Shown one piece after another: positions 11,360 to 22,753 of a stretch of DNA of 64,000 bases (within the stretch, counting starts at the first letter, position 1; the number at the start of each line of letters is the position of its first letter). The notes below the pieces were generated by a model. That model did no database searches and was not told the origin of the DNA. It was given only the letters and a program-made list of their open reading frames with translations. The position numbers and the translations under genes were made by a program. The stretch comes from an uncultured bacterium (GTDB lineage: Bacteria; Actinomycetota; Acidimicrobiia; Spongiisociales; UBA5794): positions 814,637-878,636 of the forward strand of contig CAWDDT010000004.1 of NCBI GenBank assembly GCA_963801165.1, written 5' to 3'.

Positions 11360-13358
11360 TGGCAGGGCCCCGGTTGATGCTTGGCGTCGAACTCGGCCCG
11401 ATCCCGCAGTGACGTGGTGATGGCGGATTGGGCCATACGACCGAGCCGGTTTACCTCATTCTGCATCCGGTGCCGGTTGAGATCCGAGTCGAGGATGAAC
11501 GACCTGTCGCGCGGCTTTCCCTTCCTGCGCAGCTTGCCGACTGTGTACTGCCAGATCTTCTCGCACTGCCATTCGCCGTTGACGCAGCGGTAGTTGAGGT
11601 ACGGCGTAGCCGTGATGGTCTGCTCGAACAGGGTGAGGTGCACGTCGTAGATCTGATTTGCCTCCAGCCACTTCCCGACCGTCTCGGCCACGAACTTGCC
11701 GAGCTTGGCGGCTTCCTTGACCACGGCAACGATGGCATCGGGCGCCGAGGTGGGAATCGAGATATCGGTTAGGCCCGAGGCCATGGCACCCTCGGCGGTG
11801 CCCTGGACGAGACCGGCCGTTCCCATAACGTAATTACCGGCGCTGAGGCCACCAAGTGCGGTCGTGACCGAGCCGGCGGCTGATGTGGCGCCGAGCGCCT
11901 TGCCGAGTATGTCGAGGGCGGTGACCGCTTCCCCGAGGCCGACCGTCATTGCCCGGGCCTCGCCGACCTTGCGCTCGGAGCCGGCATGGACGGTGACGAT
12001 GACGCTGAAGTCGACGATGGGCGTGATCTTCTCTGGCTTACCGACCTGGGAGTATGTGGTGCCTTCCTTGCACCCCGTCTTGATCGGCTGCTGCGGCGGT
12101 GGAGGTGCGGAGACCCCTGGCCCGGGTGGTCCGCTCGGACCTGACGTGCCCGGCTGTCCGGGTTGGGCCGGTGGGATGGGAGCCGCTCCCTCGCCGAGAC
12201 ATCTGGCCAGCGCCTCCTCGGCTTTGCGGACCTCCTCCTCGGCTTCCTGGAACCGCTCATGCCACTCCTTGACCCGGGCCTCGTCCTCGCTGAGCGCTTG
12301 CTTGGCGATGGCGATTCTCTCTTCGAGGTAATGAGTCTCGGCGTTCATCTCGGCTTCGGAGATGCGCTTGCCCTCGTGGGCGTAGTAGGTCGTCTTGCCC
12401 TCGGTTGTCGATCCCCGTTGCTTCGACTTGCGATAGGACTCGAGATCGGCCTCGAGTTCCTTGATCTCGGCCTCGTCGGCTTCCATGTCGTCGAGCGCGT
12501 GTTGCAGTGTCTCGTTGATCTCACCGAGCCGGTGCTGGGCGTTGGCGAGCTCTTCTCGCTCCCGGTCGCAGTTGTGCTCCTTGCCGCCGAGGGCAATCAC
12601 GAGACCGCCGATGAGGATGAGGGCTCCGCCGCCGATGAGGATGCCAGGCCAGGGGAACCCGCCACCAGTGTCGGTTGCCGGAGCGGTGGTCGTGGTGGTT
12701 GGAGCTGCGGTCGTTTCCTGCGGAGCCTCAGTAGTGGTGGTGGTAGTTGTCGTGGTAGTGGTGGTGGTGTTGTTGTTGTGGTTGTTGTTGTGGTGGTCGT
12801 CGCCGCGACGGGCGTGAGCACGGTGGAGTCGCACACGGGTTGGTTCTGGTCGACGACATAGGTCCCGTTGTCGCCGATGCCGGTGACGTCGATGGGGGTG
12901 ATCGCGGCGTTGCTGACGGTGGCGCCGTTGATCTGATGGGGTCCGTATGAGAAGAGTGGTGCCTCGGCGAATGCCAGACCGTCTGGTCCAACCACTCCCA
13001 TCCCCACCTGCTCCCCGGATGCGCCGGTGAGATCGAATGCGAAATCGTCTCCGGCATACTCGGGGGGAAGGACGACCCCCACGATCATCTTCGACGGGGC
13101 GTCACCGATGGGATCGTCGGGGAAGTGGATGATGCCGATGCAGGAGTCGTCGGGGACGAGGTCGGGGACGCGAATGTCCTGTGCGGCCGCTCGATCGATT
13201 CCCGATGTGGTTGTCAGGACGGCGACAAGCACGAGCGCAAACGCGGTGATTCTCCTGCAAACCCCTCTCACAATGGTCAGAACCCTATCGAAAGGTCCTC
13301 GATCGCGGGGTGGAGCCGTGGTTGCTGGCCCAAAGCCGGTCAGCGGTTGTTCCACCAC
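11356..13358 (-). CDS. Single-pass membrane protein: extracellular domain, Thr linker, TM, coiled coil, Pro-rich linker, C-terminal domain (frameshift ~12780; start may be 13271)
   Basis: ORFs 12597..13358 and 11356..12834 join within the ACN-repeat tract. Confidence 0.7.
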
Positions 13359-13428
13359 GCTGACGACTTTTTTCGCGTATTTGGCGAATTCGGCGCGTAT
13401 CTTCTAGTGAAGAGGGAAGGAGATACTT

Positions 13429-15615
13429 CTGCGACAAAGGGAGTACGTCGACTTCGACCTGGAGATCGAGGATCTCGGGGACGAGCATTTCCGTGCCCGG
13501 GTCCTCGACTCGCCGACCGGGCAGGCGAGCATCGAGTTCGAGCTGCCCTTCTCTCCGCTCGAGCTGGAGAATTTCTTGCTCAAGATCGGCCGGCCTCGCA
13601 CCGGGGTGCGTCGCATCGAATCGCCTGAGAATGCGGCGGCCCGGGAGTTCGGCACCCGTCTTTACGACGCGGTATTCGCCGGCGATGTCGGGACCCAGTG
13701 GATGCGGAGCATCGATGCCACCGAGCGCGAGCAATGTGGTCTGCGGTTGCGATTGCGCCTATCCGAGGCGCCTCAGCTCGCTGATCTTCCGTGGGAGTAT
13801 CTGTACTCGCCGGCGACTGACGATTTCGTGGTGCTGTCGTCGTGGACGCCGGTGGTGCGGTACATATCTCTCGAAAGAGGCGCCTCGCCGCTCACGGTCA
13901 CCCCGCCGCTGAAGATGTTGGCGATGGTGTCGAGTCCTTCGGACTACCCGCCGCTCGATGTCGAGGCCGAATGGGCTCGGCTCGACGAAGGGCTCGAGGA
14001 CCTGGTCGGGCGGGGCGTGGTGCAGATCGAGCGGATGGAGCGGGCCACGTTGCGGGAGCTGCAGCGGGCACTCGTTCGCGACGACTTCCATCTGTTCCAC
14101 TTCATTGGTCACGGCGGCTTCGATGACTCGGCCAACGACGGGGTCTTGCTGCTCGAGACCGATGAGGGTCGGGGTCGGGAGGTTTCCGGTCATCAGCTCG
14201 GCACGATCCTCGACGACGCCAGGACCATCAGGGTCGCGGTGCTCAACGCCTGTGAGGGGGCGCGCACGTCTGAGACCGATCCGTTTGCCGGGGTGGCGCA
14301 GAGTCTGGTGGCTCGGGGCATCCCCGCGGTGGTTGCCATGCAGTTCGAGATCACCGATCGGGCGGCGATCGTCTTCGCCCACGAGTTCTACACCGCTATC
14401 GCCGGCGGGCTTCCGGTGGAAGGCGCGGTCGGGGAGGCACGCCGGGCGATCTTTGGATCGAAGAACGACGTCGAGTGGGGCACCGCCGTGCTGTACATGA
14501 GGGCCGAGGACGGGCGTCTCTTCGATCTCCGCCAACTATCCGAATCGACCCTCGAGATGGAGCGGGACACCGTCTTGATGGAGCAAACGGCGCCCGGAGA
14601 GCCTGTCGATGAAACGGTGGAGAGCTCTGGAGAGGCCCCGGGCACGGAAAAGGAGACCGCCACATCGGCACCTGAGCCGGAGACGTCTCGGGAAACAGCC
14701 ACCGTGGACGAGAACGCTGTTGCACCTACGCCGAAGGTGGCGGCGTCTGATGAAGCCGTGACCGCGGAGACCGGGGTCATCGCTTCTGAACCGGTGCCCG
14801 AACCCGGGCCGGAGCCGGGTTTCTTCGAGCGCTACTCCCGTGCGCTTGGTGCGGGTGTGGTCGCGATCTTCGTTATCGCCATGGTCGTAGTGCTGTTGCA
14901 CAATGGCGATGGTGAGGGCACGACAACGACTGCGGGGGACGAATTCCAGATCGTCGACAGCTCTGAGGTGACAATGGTGCCAACACCCGGTGTGACCGTT
15001 GATGGCTTCCTCGGGGATTGGGAGTCGTTGACCGTCGGGTATCGGCTCAGCCACCCGGTACGCGACAATCTCACCGAGGACCGCCTTGGTTCCGACTCGG
15101 TGGGCACCCTGGTGGTTGCCTACGACGATGCGGCCATGTATGTGGCAGTGGACGTCGAAGACGACATCTATGCCCAGGCGAACACCGGCAACCAGATATG
15201 GCGGGGCGACGCCCTCGACATAAACCTATATGTCGGGCCGGGCCCGGCGCCCGGGCACCCCGATGCGGATACCTTCCAGCTCACCATGACCCCGCTTGCC
15301 GGGTCGACGGGGCAGCCGGCTGCTGTGCTCTTCGTCGGTGATGGCAAGCAGTTCGCCGACAACGACACTGACATTCCGGTCGACGTGCGGGGAGCCGTCG
15401 ACACCGACGGTAACTGGCGTCTGGAAGCGCGCATTCCCTGGAGCCTGTTCGGCCTCAACGACAAGCCGGACGAGCTCGATGCCGCCCTGTTCGCCCTGTT
15501 TGACAACGACGGTGAATCCGCGGCCGGCAAACCTCTCCAGGCCGGGATCCTCGCCAACCTCGATGGAGTCTTCTTCCAGCAACCGACAACCTGGGGCGTA
15601 CTGACCTGGGAGTAA
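13429..15615 (+). CDS. CHAT (caspase-like) protease with TM helix and C-terminal CBM9/DOMON-like sugar-binding domain
   Basis: LPWEYL, HFIGHG and LNACEG catalytic dyad, VVAMQF; TM ALGAGVVAIFVIAMVVVLL; VDGFLGDW...YDDAAMYVAVDVEDD...EARIPWS. The frame extends upstream of the listed start (YVDFDLEI). Confidence 0.85.
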   Translation: MRQREYVDFDLEIEDLGDEHFRARVLDSPTGQASIEFELPFSPLELENFLLKIGRPRTGVRRIESPENAAAREFGTRLYDAVFAGDVGTQWMRSIDATEREQCGLRLRLRLSEAPQLADLPWEYLYSPATDDFVVLSSWTPVVRYISLERGASPLTVTPPLKMLAMVSSPSDYPPLDVEAEWARLDEGLEDLVGRGVVQIERMERATLRELQRALVRDDFHLFHFIGHGGFDDSANDGVLLLETDEGRGREVSGHQLGTILDDARTIRVAVLNACEGARTSETDPFAGVAQSLVARGIPAVVAMQFEITDRAAIVFAHEFYTAIAGGLPVEGAVGEARRAIFGSKNDVEWGTAVLYMRAEDGRLFDLRQLSESTLEMERDTVLMEQTAPGEPVDETVESSGEAPGTEKETATSAPEPETSRETATVDENAVAPTPKVAASDEAVTAETGVIASEPVPEPGPEPGFFERYSRALGAGVVAIFVIAMVVVLLHNGDGEGTTTTAGDEFQIVDSSEVTMVPTPGVTVDGFLGDWESLTVGYRLSHPVRDNLTEDRLGSDSVGTLVVAYDDAAMYVAVDVEDDIYAQANTGNQIWRGDALDINLYVGPGPAPGHPDADTFQLTMTPLAGSTGQPAAVLFVGDGKQFADNDTDIPVDVRGAVDTDGNWRLEARIPWSLFGLNDKPDELDAALFALFDNDGESAAGKPLQAGILANLDGVFFQQPTTWGVLTWE

Positions 15616-15653
15616 CTGAGCTCACGGACGCGTTTGGCCGGGGCAGCACAACA

Positions 15654-15687
15654 CAACAGGCCCCCAGGGGGGACGAGGGGCCTGTTG
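15654..15687 (+). terminator. Hairpin downstream of the CHAT gene
   Basis: CAACAGGCCCC...GGGGCCTGTTG inverted repeat. Confidence 0.55.
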
Positions 15688-15871
15688 CGAAAACGGGTGA
15701 CGTGGTGTTGAACTTCACCCGCAAGCACGAATTCTAGACCTGGAAGCGGTGTTGCCGTCGTGCAGGTCCCGGGCTCGTGATGTTGCGCGGATTCCATTGC
15801 CATCGCCGGTTCAAGCCCTCGTCGGGCGCTGCCGATACCTGATAGCGCCCGGGCCGAGCTAGAAGGGGCAG

Positions 15872-18718
15872 ATGGTGCTGCGATCGAGAAGACTGCTGGC
15901 GGCCGTGGTGGCCGCCACTGCGATGGTCGCCGTCGCCCCTGCCGCCTCCGGCGCCAGCACTCCTCAGCCCGTGCTACAAGGCGACGACTGGTCCGCCCCG
16001 GTCAGCAACGTCTCCCAAGGCTTCAGCACGATTCAGGGTCTCTTCGACGACGACCCGACCGGGCTCATCCCCAAAACGCCGTTCGTGCAGCGCTACTCGC
16101 TCGACCAGGATCACTGGGAGGTGTGGCTGTGCGGCAGCGTCTCGTCCACCCTGCCGCAGGCAATCGCGGCGCTCGAAGCCGCCACCGTCGACTACTACGA
16201 CTCGCTCTCGGGTGGGGTATACGAGCCGGTGTTCACTGCAGGTGGCACGATCCCGACCGACTCGAGCTGTATCAACGGGTTCTTGAACGGCACCTATACG
16301 CCTGTTGGAAGTCCGGAGGGTCTGTTCGTCATCGACTCGGTTACAGGCGGTGGGTTCGCATCGCCGGGCATCATCTGTATCTCGAGCGACCCCGACTGTT
16401 CTTGGATCGGCTCCACCTTCCCGGACAACCAGCGCTATGCAGTGGTGGGAGAGAGCTCGCTGCTCAACTACCCGTCGGTGACTGCCCACGAGCTGGGCCA
16501 CACGCTGCAATGGCCACATTCGAACTCGGGGACCGGCGACGAGTACGACAACCCGCTCGACCTGATGAGCGGCAACAGCACCACCGGTGGCTGGACGGAG
16601 CCTGATCCGTACGCAACGTTGTCGTACAACCGGTTCCAGTCGGGGTGGGTGGCGACCGACGATGTCGTGATCGCCGACGGCAGCTACCAGGCGGCGACGC
16701 TCCAGCCGCACAACGTCGCCGGGACGCAGTTGTTTGCGATCAAGACCGCCCAACCGGGCCGCTTCTATGTCCTCGGGGCGCGCACCACCTCGACCTACGA
16801 CCCGATCCCGTCGGCGTGGCAAGGGGTCGAGGTGTACGAGGTGGACTACTACTGCGACGACGGCGCCTTCGGAGGCGGGATCTGCCCGGGTATCTACCGG
16901 GACCAGACCCAGCAGCCGCCCAGTCCCAATGGGGTCGGCCACGTGCTCCAGGCAGGGGAAAGCATCGAGATCGAGGGTGTCACCGTCACCGTCACCGGGG
17001 CGACTCCTACCGGATACACCATCACCGCCGACCCCGACCCCGATACCGACACTGCCCCGTCCGCACCCGGGATTCCCAGCGTCGCCGTGGGCGACGAGCA
17101 GGCGACGCTCAGCTGGACCGCGGCCGGCGACGGCGGCTCCCCGATCCTCAACTACGACGTCGAGGTGGAGAACCGCGACGTCGGCGGCAGCACCGTCACC
17201 GATGTCGGGGTGACGTTGTCGAAGACGATGACCGGGCTCGACAACGGCATTACCTATCGGGCGCGAGTGCGGGCGACCAACGCCATCGGGGACGGGCCCT
17301 GGTCGGCATGGTCACAGGACTTCACGGTTGGCACCGTACCGACCGCACCCGGCATCCCGACGGCGACAGCAGGTCCCGCCTCGATCAGCGCCGTCTGGAC
17401 GGCACCCGGGGATAACGGGGGAGCGGCGATCAGCAACTACCGGCTCGAGGTCAACGACATGGTTGCCTCCACCAACAGCTACCTCGACGTCGGCACCACG
17501 TTGTCGAAGAACATCACGGGGTTGGTCAACGGAGACACCTATCGCATCCGGGTGCGTGCCGAGAACAGCTTCGGGCCCGGCGTGTGGTCGGGCTGGTCTT
17601 CCAACGTCACCCCGATCTCGACCCCGAGCGCTCCGCTCAACCCGGCGATCACCGTCACCGCTGTTGGGGAGGCGACCGCGGTTTGGTCACCACCGGCCGA
17701 CGATGGTGGGCGGCCGCTCACCGGCTACCAGGTGAGTCTGGAGAACGCCACCGGCGGCGGCGCCGTCACCTACGACCCGGGCACAGCCACGAGCTACGGG
17801 CTCGTCGGGCTCAACTCGACCGATACGTACCGCTATCGGGTGCGCGCCGGAAACAGCGAGGGTTGGGGCGCCTGGTCGGCGTGGTCGCCGGACTTCATTC
17901 CCGGTACCGTCCCGTCCGCCCCTGGAGTGCCTGCGGTCACCGCCGGGGATGGACAGCTCACTGCCGCTTGGACGGCCGCGACCGGTATCGGCGCCGCGGT
18001 CGACAACTACGCATTGGAGCTCGACGGCGGGTCGGCCACGGTGACCGTCGGCACCGTTCTGAGCCACACCTTTACCGCGCTCAGCAACGGCGATGATTAC
18101 CGGGTGCGGGTGCGGGCCCACAACGACTCGGGTTGGGGCCCGTGGTCGGCCTGGTCGGCGACGGTGACGCCGCACGTCCTGAACCCGTTTGTGGACGATG
18201 ACGGCTCGATCTTCGAACCGGAGATCGAATGGCTGGCGGAGGAAGGGATCACCAAAGGCTGCAACCCACCGGTCAACAACATGTTCTGTCCCGATGATTC
18301 GGTGACCCGGGGCCAGATGGCGGCGTTCCTCGTGAGGGCACTTGGACTCACCGTTCAGCTCGACGACCCGTTCACCGACGACGACGGCTCGATCTTCGAG
18401 GCGGACATCGAGAGGCTGGCCGCAGCCGGTATTACCAGGGGCTGCAACCCGCCACTCAACAACCACTTCTGTCCTGACGATTCGGTGACCCGGGGTCAGA
18501 TGGCGGCGTTCCTGGTTCGCGCCCTCGGCTACACCGACGCCGGTCTCGGTGACCTGTTCATCGACGATGACGGCTCGATCTTCGAGACCGACATTGATCG
18601 TCTCGCCACGGCCGGTGTCACCAAAGGCTGCAACCCACCGGCGAACGACATGTTCTGTCCCAGCGATGTGGTGACCCGGGGCCAGATGGCTGCCTTCCTG
18701 CACCGGGCTCTGGGGTAG
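15872..18718 (+). CDS. Secreted zinc metallopeptidase with 4 fibronectin type III and 3 SLH-like domains
   Basis: Signal peptide, HELGHTLQWPH plus DLMSG Met-turn, FN3 repeats (Y..RVRA.N..G.GPWS), GITKGCNPP...TRGQMAAFL repeats. Confidence 0.88.
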   Translation: MVLRSRRLLAAVVAATAMVAVAPAASGASTPQPVLQGDDWSAPVSNVSQGFSTIQGLFDDDPTGLIPKTPFVQRYSLDQDHWEVWLCGSVSSTLPQAIAALEAATVDYYDSLSGGVYEPVFTAGGTIPTDSSCINGFLNGTYTPVGSPEGLFVIDSVTGGGFASPGIICISSDPDCSWIGSTFPDNQRYAVVGESSLLNYPSVTAHELGHTLQWPHSNSGTGDEYDNPLDLMSGNSTTGGWTEPDPYATLSYNRFQSGWVATDDVVIADGSYQAATLQPHNVAGTQLFAIKTAQPGRFYVLGARTTSTYDPIPSAWQGVEVYEVDYYCDDGAFGGGICPGIYRDQTQQPPSPNGVGHVLQAGESIEIEGVTVTVTGATPTGYTITADPDPDTDTAPSAPGIPSVAVGDEQATLSWTAAGDGGSPILNYDVEVENRDVGGSTVTDVGVTLSKTMTGLDNGITYRARVRATNAIGDGPWSAWSQDFTVGTVPTAPGIPTATAGPASISAVWTAPGDNGGAAISNYRLEVNDMVASTNSYLDVGTTLSKNITGLVNGDTYRIRVRAENSFGPGVWSGWSSNVTPISTPSAPLNPAITVTAVGEATAVWSPPADDGGRPLTGYQVSLENATGGGAVTYDPGTATSYGLVGLNSTDTYRYRVRAGNSEGWGAWSAWSPDFIPGTVPSAPGVPAVTAGDGQLTAAWTAATGIGAAVDNYALELDGGSATVTVGTVLSHTFTALSNGDDYRVRVRAHNDSGWGPWSAWSATVTPHVLNPFVDDDGSIFEPEIEWLAEEGITKGCNPPVNNMFCPDDSVTRGQMAAFLVRALGLTVQLDDPFTDDDGSIFEADIERLAAAGITRGCNPPLNNHFCPDDSVTRGQMAAFLVRALGYTDAGLGDLFIDDDGSIFETDIDRLATAGVTKGCNPPANDMFCPSDVVTRGQMAAFLHRALG

Positions 18719-19047
18719 TGGCGCCAACGCGCACCATCTCCGTCGCGACGCCCGCACGGGTCGTTGACCGCGCCGTGAAGCCAGGGGAGGGGGCGGAAGA
18801 GACGTCACAATGGGTTTCGTCGACGGATCGTGCACTGCGCTGTGCGGGCATTCCGGTCCGCGGCGCCCGGTGAGGACGCTCGACCATACGATCACGGTGC
18901 TCGAGGCGGGGTGAGGACCGCCAGGCACAATGGGGTCGCGGTGTGGACCTCGACCATGCGATCACGGTGCTCGAGCAGTGTGGGTACGATCGTATGCAAG
19001 AGGAGCGATCTATCGGGTCGATCATCTGAGGTCGATCTACCGGTTGG

Positions 19048-21343
19048 CTATGGCAGTTCGGATGCCCGGTGGAGCAATGGCGGCCATCTCGGCCGGGTGA
19101 TCGGTTGATCGGGGCAGTACTGGTCGTTGGCGGGTGGGTTGCAGCCCACCGAAACCCCGAGCGCCGCCAAGCATCCCGATCTCGTTCTCGAACAGGTGCC
19201 CGACGGCATCGGTGAACGGCTTCGGGCTGGCCGAATCGAGTCCGAGAGCACGAACCAGCGCCGCCGCAACCTCGCCCCGCGTGATTACGGCATCGGGGCA
19301 CACGAGGTTGTTGAGAGGCGGATTGCAGCCGCGGAAGACGTCGGCCGCCTTCGCCCGATTCAGCGCCGCCTCGTGCACAATCCCGTCATCGTCGCTGAAG
19401 AAGTCCTCAGTCGTCGGGGCGAAATCGAGCCACCGGTCCAGGAACGTTGCCGTCTCGGCCCGTGTCAAAGGGACGTTGGGGCAGAACTGCGTATTGAGTG
19501 GCGGGTTGCACCCGACGGTTATGCCCTGGTTGTGCAGCCACTGGATGTCGTCGAGGAAGATGCTGGTCACCGTATCTTCGAACGGCGGCAGATCCTGCGG
19601 GGTGACCGCGGCCGACGTGGCTGCCGGCCCGGTTCCTATGGCGTTTACGGCGCTCACCCGGAACAGGTAGTCCGTCCCGTTGCTGAGCCCGGTAGCGGTC
19701 ACCGAGGTCTCGGTCGACACACCGTCATCGAAGGTATGCCACGTCGCCCCGCCGTCGGAGGAGTACTCGACCAGGTAGTCGGTGATCGGCGATCCGCCGG
19801 AGTCGGGGGCATCCCACGTCACGACAGCCAGTCCATTGCCACCTGTGCCGGCGACGTTCGAGGGCGCCTCGGGCGCTGTCGCCATCGGCGTCAGCGGGTC
19901 GGACTGTGCCGAGTACGGCCCGGCCCCAACCGAGTTCACCGCCGCTACCTGGAACACGTAGGCGACGCCGTTGGTGAGACCGGTGACGGTCGCCGACGTG
20001 TCGGCTCGATACCCCGTCATCGAATGTATGCCACGTTGCTCCGCTGTCGTCGGAGTATTGGATGACGTAGTCGGTGATGGGGAACGAGCCGGCGTCGGGT
20101 GCGACCCAGCTGATGTCGACCTTCATGTTGCCTGCGGTGCCGGTCACCCCGGTGGTGATGGCCGGATCGGTCTGCACATTGATCGTCAGCGGAGCGCTGG
20201 AAGAACCGCCGGTGCTCTGGGCGGTCACGTTGAGGGTCCGGCTGGACGGTGATTCCGCGTCCGTGTTCATGTAGGTGATCTTGCGGGCAACTGCCTGAGC
20301 CACCGCATCGTTCGCCTTGTTGCCAAACACCTGGACGTTGTCGATGTAGAGCGAGGCGCCTGCGGCCTGGCCGCCTGACGCATCGAATGTGCCGGACACG
20401 AACACGAATCGGTAGGTGCCGGAAGCCGGGATCACGGTCGGGTTGGTGGCCCACTGCAGTGTTCCCGCCGCCGGTGGCATCGAGCAGCTCGGTCTGGTTG
20501 CACGATTCGTCGATGATGTAGCCGAAGACGTGATAGTCGTCCTCACCGGCGTAAGCTCGCCAGTCGAAGTAGATGGTGTCGCCACTGGCTGCTTCGAACG
20601 GGCCGGAGTAGACCGCGGGGCCATGCACAACGTCATAGCCTTGCAGTGTAATACATGTCGTCGGAGACGAGTTGGAGGGCGTAGGTTCCTTCGGAGACCA
20701 CATCCGTGACAACAGGGGTGGTGAGAGAACCCAGGATGATCGGGACGTTGTTGTCCTCGTTGGGCACCGGACCCGGGTAGGTGCTGGTGTCGACGGTTGA
20801 GGCAGGCGGCGATCGTCGTCGATCCCAGGTCGATCTGATCGGTCGATAGCGGTCCATCCGGTGAGGTCACCAGTCTCGAAACCGGCGTTCTGGAAGTCGC
20901 TGGTGAAGTTGACCCGTAGCGTCGTGCCGTCGGCGCCGTTGAGAATGCCGTCGATCGAGCCGACGATGTCTGCCGTCGCGCCGTTGCCGAGGTAGACCGA
21001 GCTCGCCGACGACCGAGACGACGCCGTCAGCGGTGTCGGCAACTCCGTCCTCCTGGAGACCCAACGTCTCGCCGGACGTTGCTCCATCGATCGAGAACTC
21101 CAGGTACTGGCCGCCATACGACACCCCGTCGGCGATCGTCAGCGAGGACCCGACGAGCGTTGCAGCCGTCACCTTCGACATATGTGGCATCGACCGTTCC
21201 GCCGATGGTCGGCGTGCCCGAGCGGTGATGGCGCCGGCTGGTGCGACACCCACTATTGCCGTGAGCAATGCCGCAGCGAGTGCGACGGCTGCGAGCCGAT
21301 GAGTTCGTGTGTGGACGTGATCGACAGATCGCTCGTCCGACAA
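19048..21343 (-). CDS. Secreted FN3 + SLH-like domain surface protein (several frameshifts)
   Basis: Pieces in ORFs 20867..21343, 20017..21117, 19725..20870 and 19037..20020; FN3 and GCNPP motifs. Confidence 0.75.
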
Positions 21344-21555
21344 TGTGATTGGTCACAAGTACACCACCTTCTAGAGCGGATGCCCTGTTTCCTCAGAGAC
21401 GGAAGCTCTTCAGGGCATTTCCATGGTAATCTCGACCAGATCGACCCCCGGCTTGAGGCTTCCGCGGCGGGTCGTCCCGGACGAAACCGCTCGATCTCCA
21501 TGCGTTTCTGACGGTGGCTCGGCCTCTTCTCTCGCATCCGGAACCCCGCCCCGCG

Positions 21556-21574
21556 TGATATCATCTTGATATAG
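21556..21574 (+). promoter_or_regulatory. Putative operator TGATATCA-N3-TGATATAG upstream of the SPFH operon
   Basis: AT-rich palindromic direct repeat just before the GGAGG RBS; the operon encodes an RHH protein. Confidence 0.55.
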
Positions 21575-21592
21575 GTTTATGGAGGTGTATTC

Positions 21593-22477
21593 ATGCTTTC
21601 CGAGTCCACAGGACGTTCTGGTGCCGGCATTCCCTGGCTGATCGCGGACGTCGTCCTCTTCCTGGTGGATGTCGCCTTGTATGTCTTTGGCGGGATCTGG
21701 GGCAATTTGCTAATGATCATCCTGGCGGTGGTGCTATCGCTGCTTGTGGTCATCCTCTCCGTCAGTTTCTTCGTGGTGCAACCCAATCAGTCGGCGGTCT
21801 TGACGTTGTTTGGTGACTACAAGGGGAGCGACCGGATCCCGGGCCTCCGTATCGCCAATCCGTTGTACTTGAAGAAGAAGGTCTCGCTGCGGGTGCGCAA
21901 TTTCACCACGCAGACTTCGAAGGTCAACGATGCGAACGGCAACCCGATCGAGATTGCGGCTGTGGTGGTGTGGCGGGTCACCGACACCGCTCGGGCGACG
22001 TTCGGCGTTGACGACTTCATCAGCTACGTCCATACGCAGTCGGAGTCGGCGGTGCGGCAGCTGGCCCGTTCCTACCCGTACGACAACTTTGACGATACGG
22101 ATGTGACCACGCTCATTCACAACACGAGTGAGGTGAATGACAACCTGATGGTCGAGCTGCAAGAACGCGCAGATGCGGCCGGCGTTGAGGTGCTCGAGAC
22201 CCGCCTCACCGACCTGGCCTATGCCCCCGAGATCGCCGAGGCGATGCTGCGCAGACAGCAAGCGTCGGCCATCGTGGCGGCCCGAGCAAAGATCGTCGAA
22301 GGCGCGGTGTTGATGGTGCGCGAGGCGATCGCGGCACTCGAGGAGGGCACCGACGAGCACGATCGGATCCCGCTTGACAACGAGCGCAAAGCTACCTTCG
22401 CTTCCAATCTGATGACTGTCATAGCCAGCGACCAGCCGACGAGCCCGGTGGTCAACGTCGGCACCTTGAGCAGATAG
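21593..22477 (+). CDS. SPFH/band-7 domain membrane protein
   Basis: KVNDANGNPIEIAAVVVW, LAYAPEIAEAMLRRQQA motifs. Confidence 0.92.
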   Translation: MLSESTGRSGAGIPWLIADVVLFLVDVALYVFGGIWGNLLMIILAVVLSLLVVILSVSFFVVQPNQSAVLTLFGDYKGSDRIPGLRIANPLYLKKKVSLRVRNFTTQTSKVNDANGNPIEIAAVVVWRVTDTARATFGVDDFISYVHTQSESAVRQLARSYPYDNFDDTDVTTLIHNTSEVNDNLMVELQERADAAGVEVLETRLTDLAYAPEIAEAMLRRQQASAIVAARAKIVEGAVLMVREAIAALEEGTDEHDRIPLDNERKATFASNLMTVIASDQPTSPVVNVGTLSR

Positions 22478-22500
22478 CGGTCGGGCGGGGTAGGGAGACG

Positions 22501-22707
22501 ATGGCACGGCAGCGCAAGCAGTACCTGCTGCGGATCCCGCAGGAGCTATACGACATCTACGAGGCGTGGGCCGCCGACGAGTTCCGCTCGGTCAATGCCC
22601 AGTTCGAAGCGGTCCTCAGGGACGGCGCCCGCCGGGCCGGGCGTCTCCGGCGCAGACCAGGTCCTGACAGTACGCCGGAACGCGGCGATACCGGCGATGT
22701 GGGCTGA
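22501..22707 (+). CDS. Arc/ribbon-helix-helix DNA-binding protein
   Basis: RKQYLLRI...WAADEFRSVNAQFE; typical partner of SPFH genes. Confidence 0.82.
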   Translation: MARQRKQYLLRIPQELYDIYEAWAADEFRSVNAQFEAVLRDGARRAGRLRRRPGPDSTPERGDTGDVG

Positions 22708-22753
22708 GCCCGGGTCGCGGCTCAGCGAGCGGGGTGGTGGTCGGTAGTTGGTG

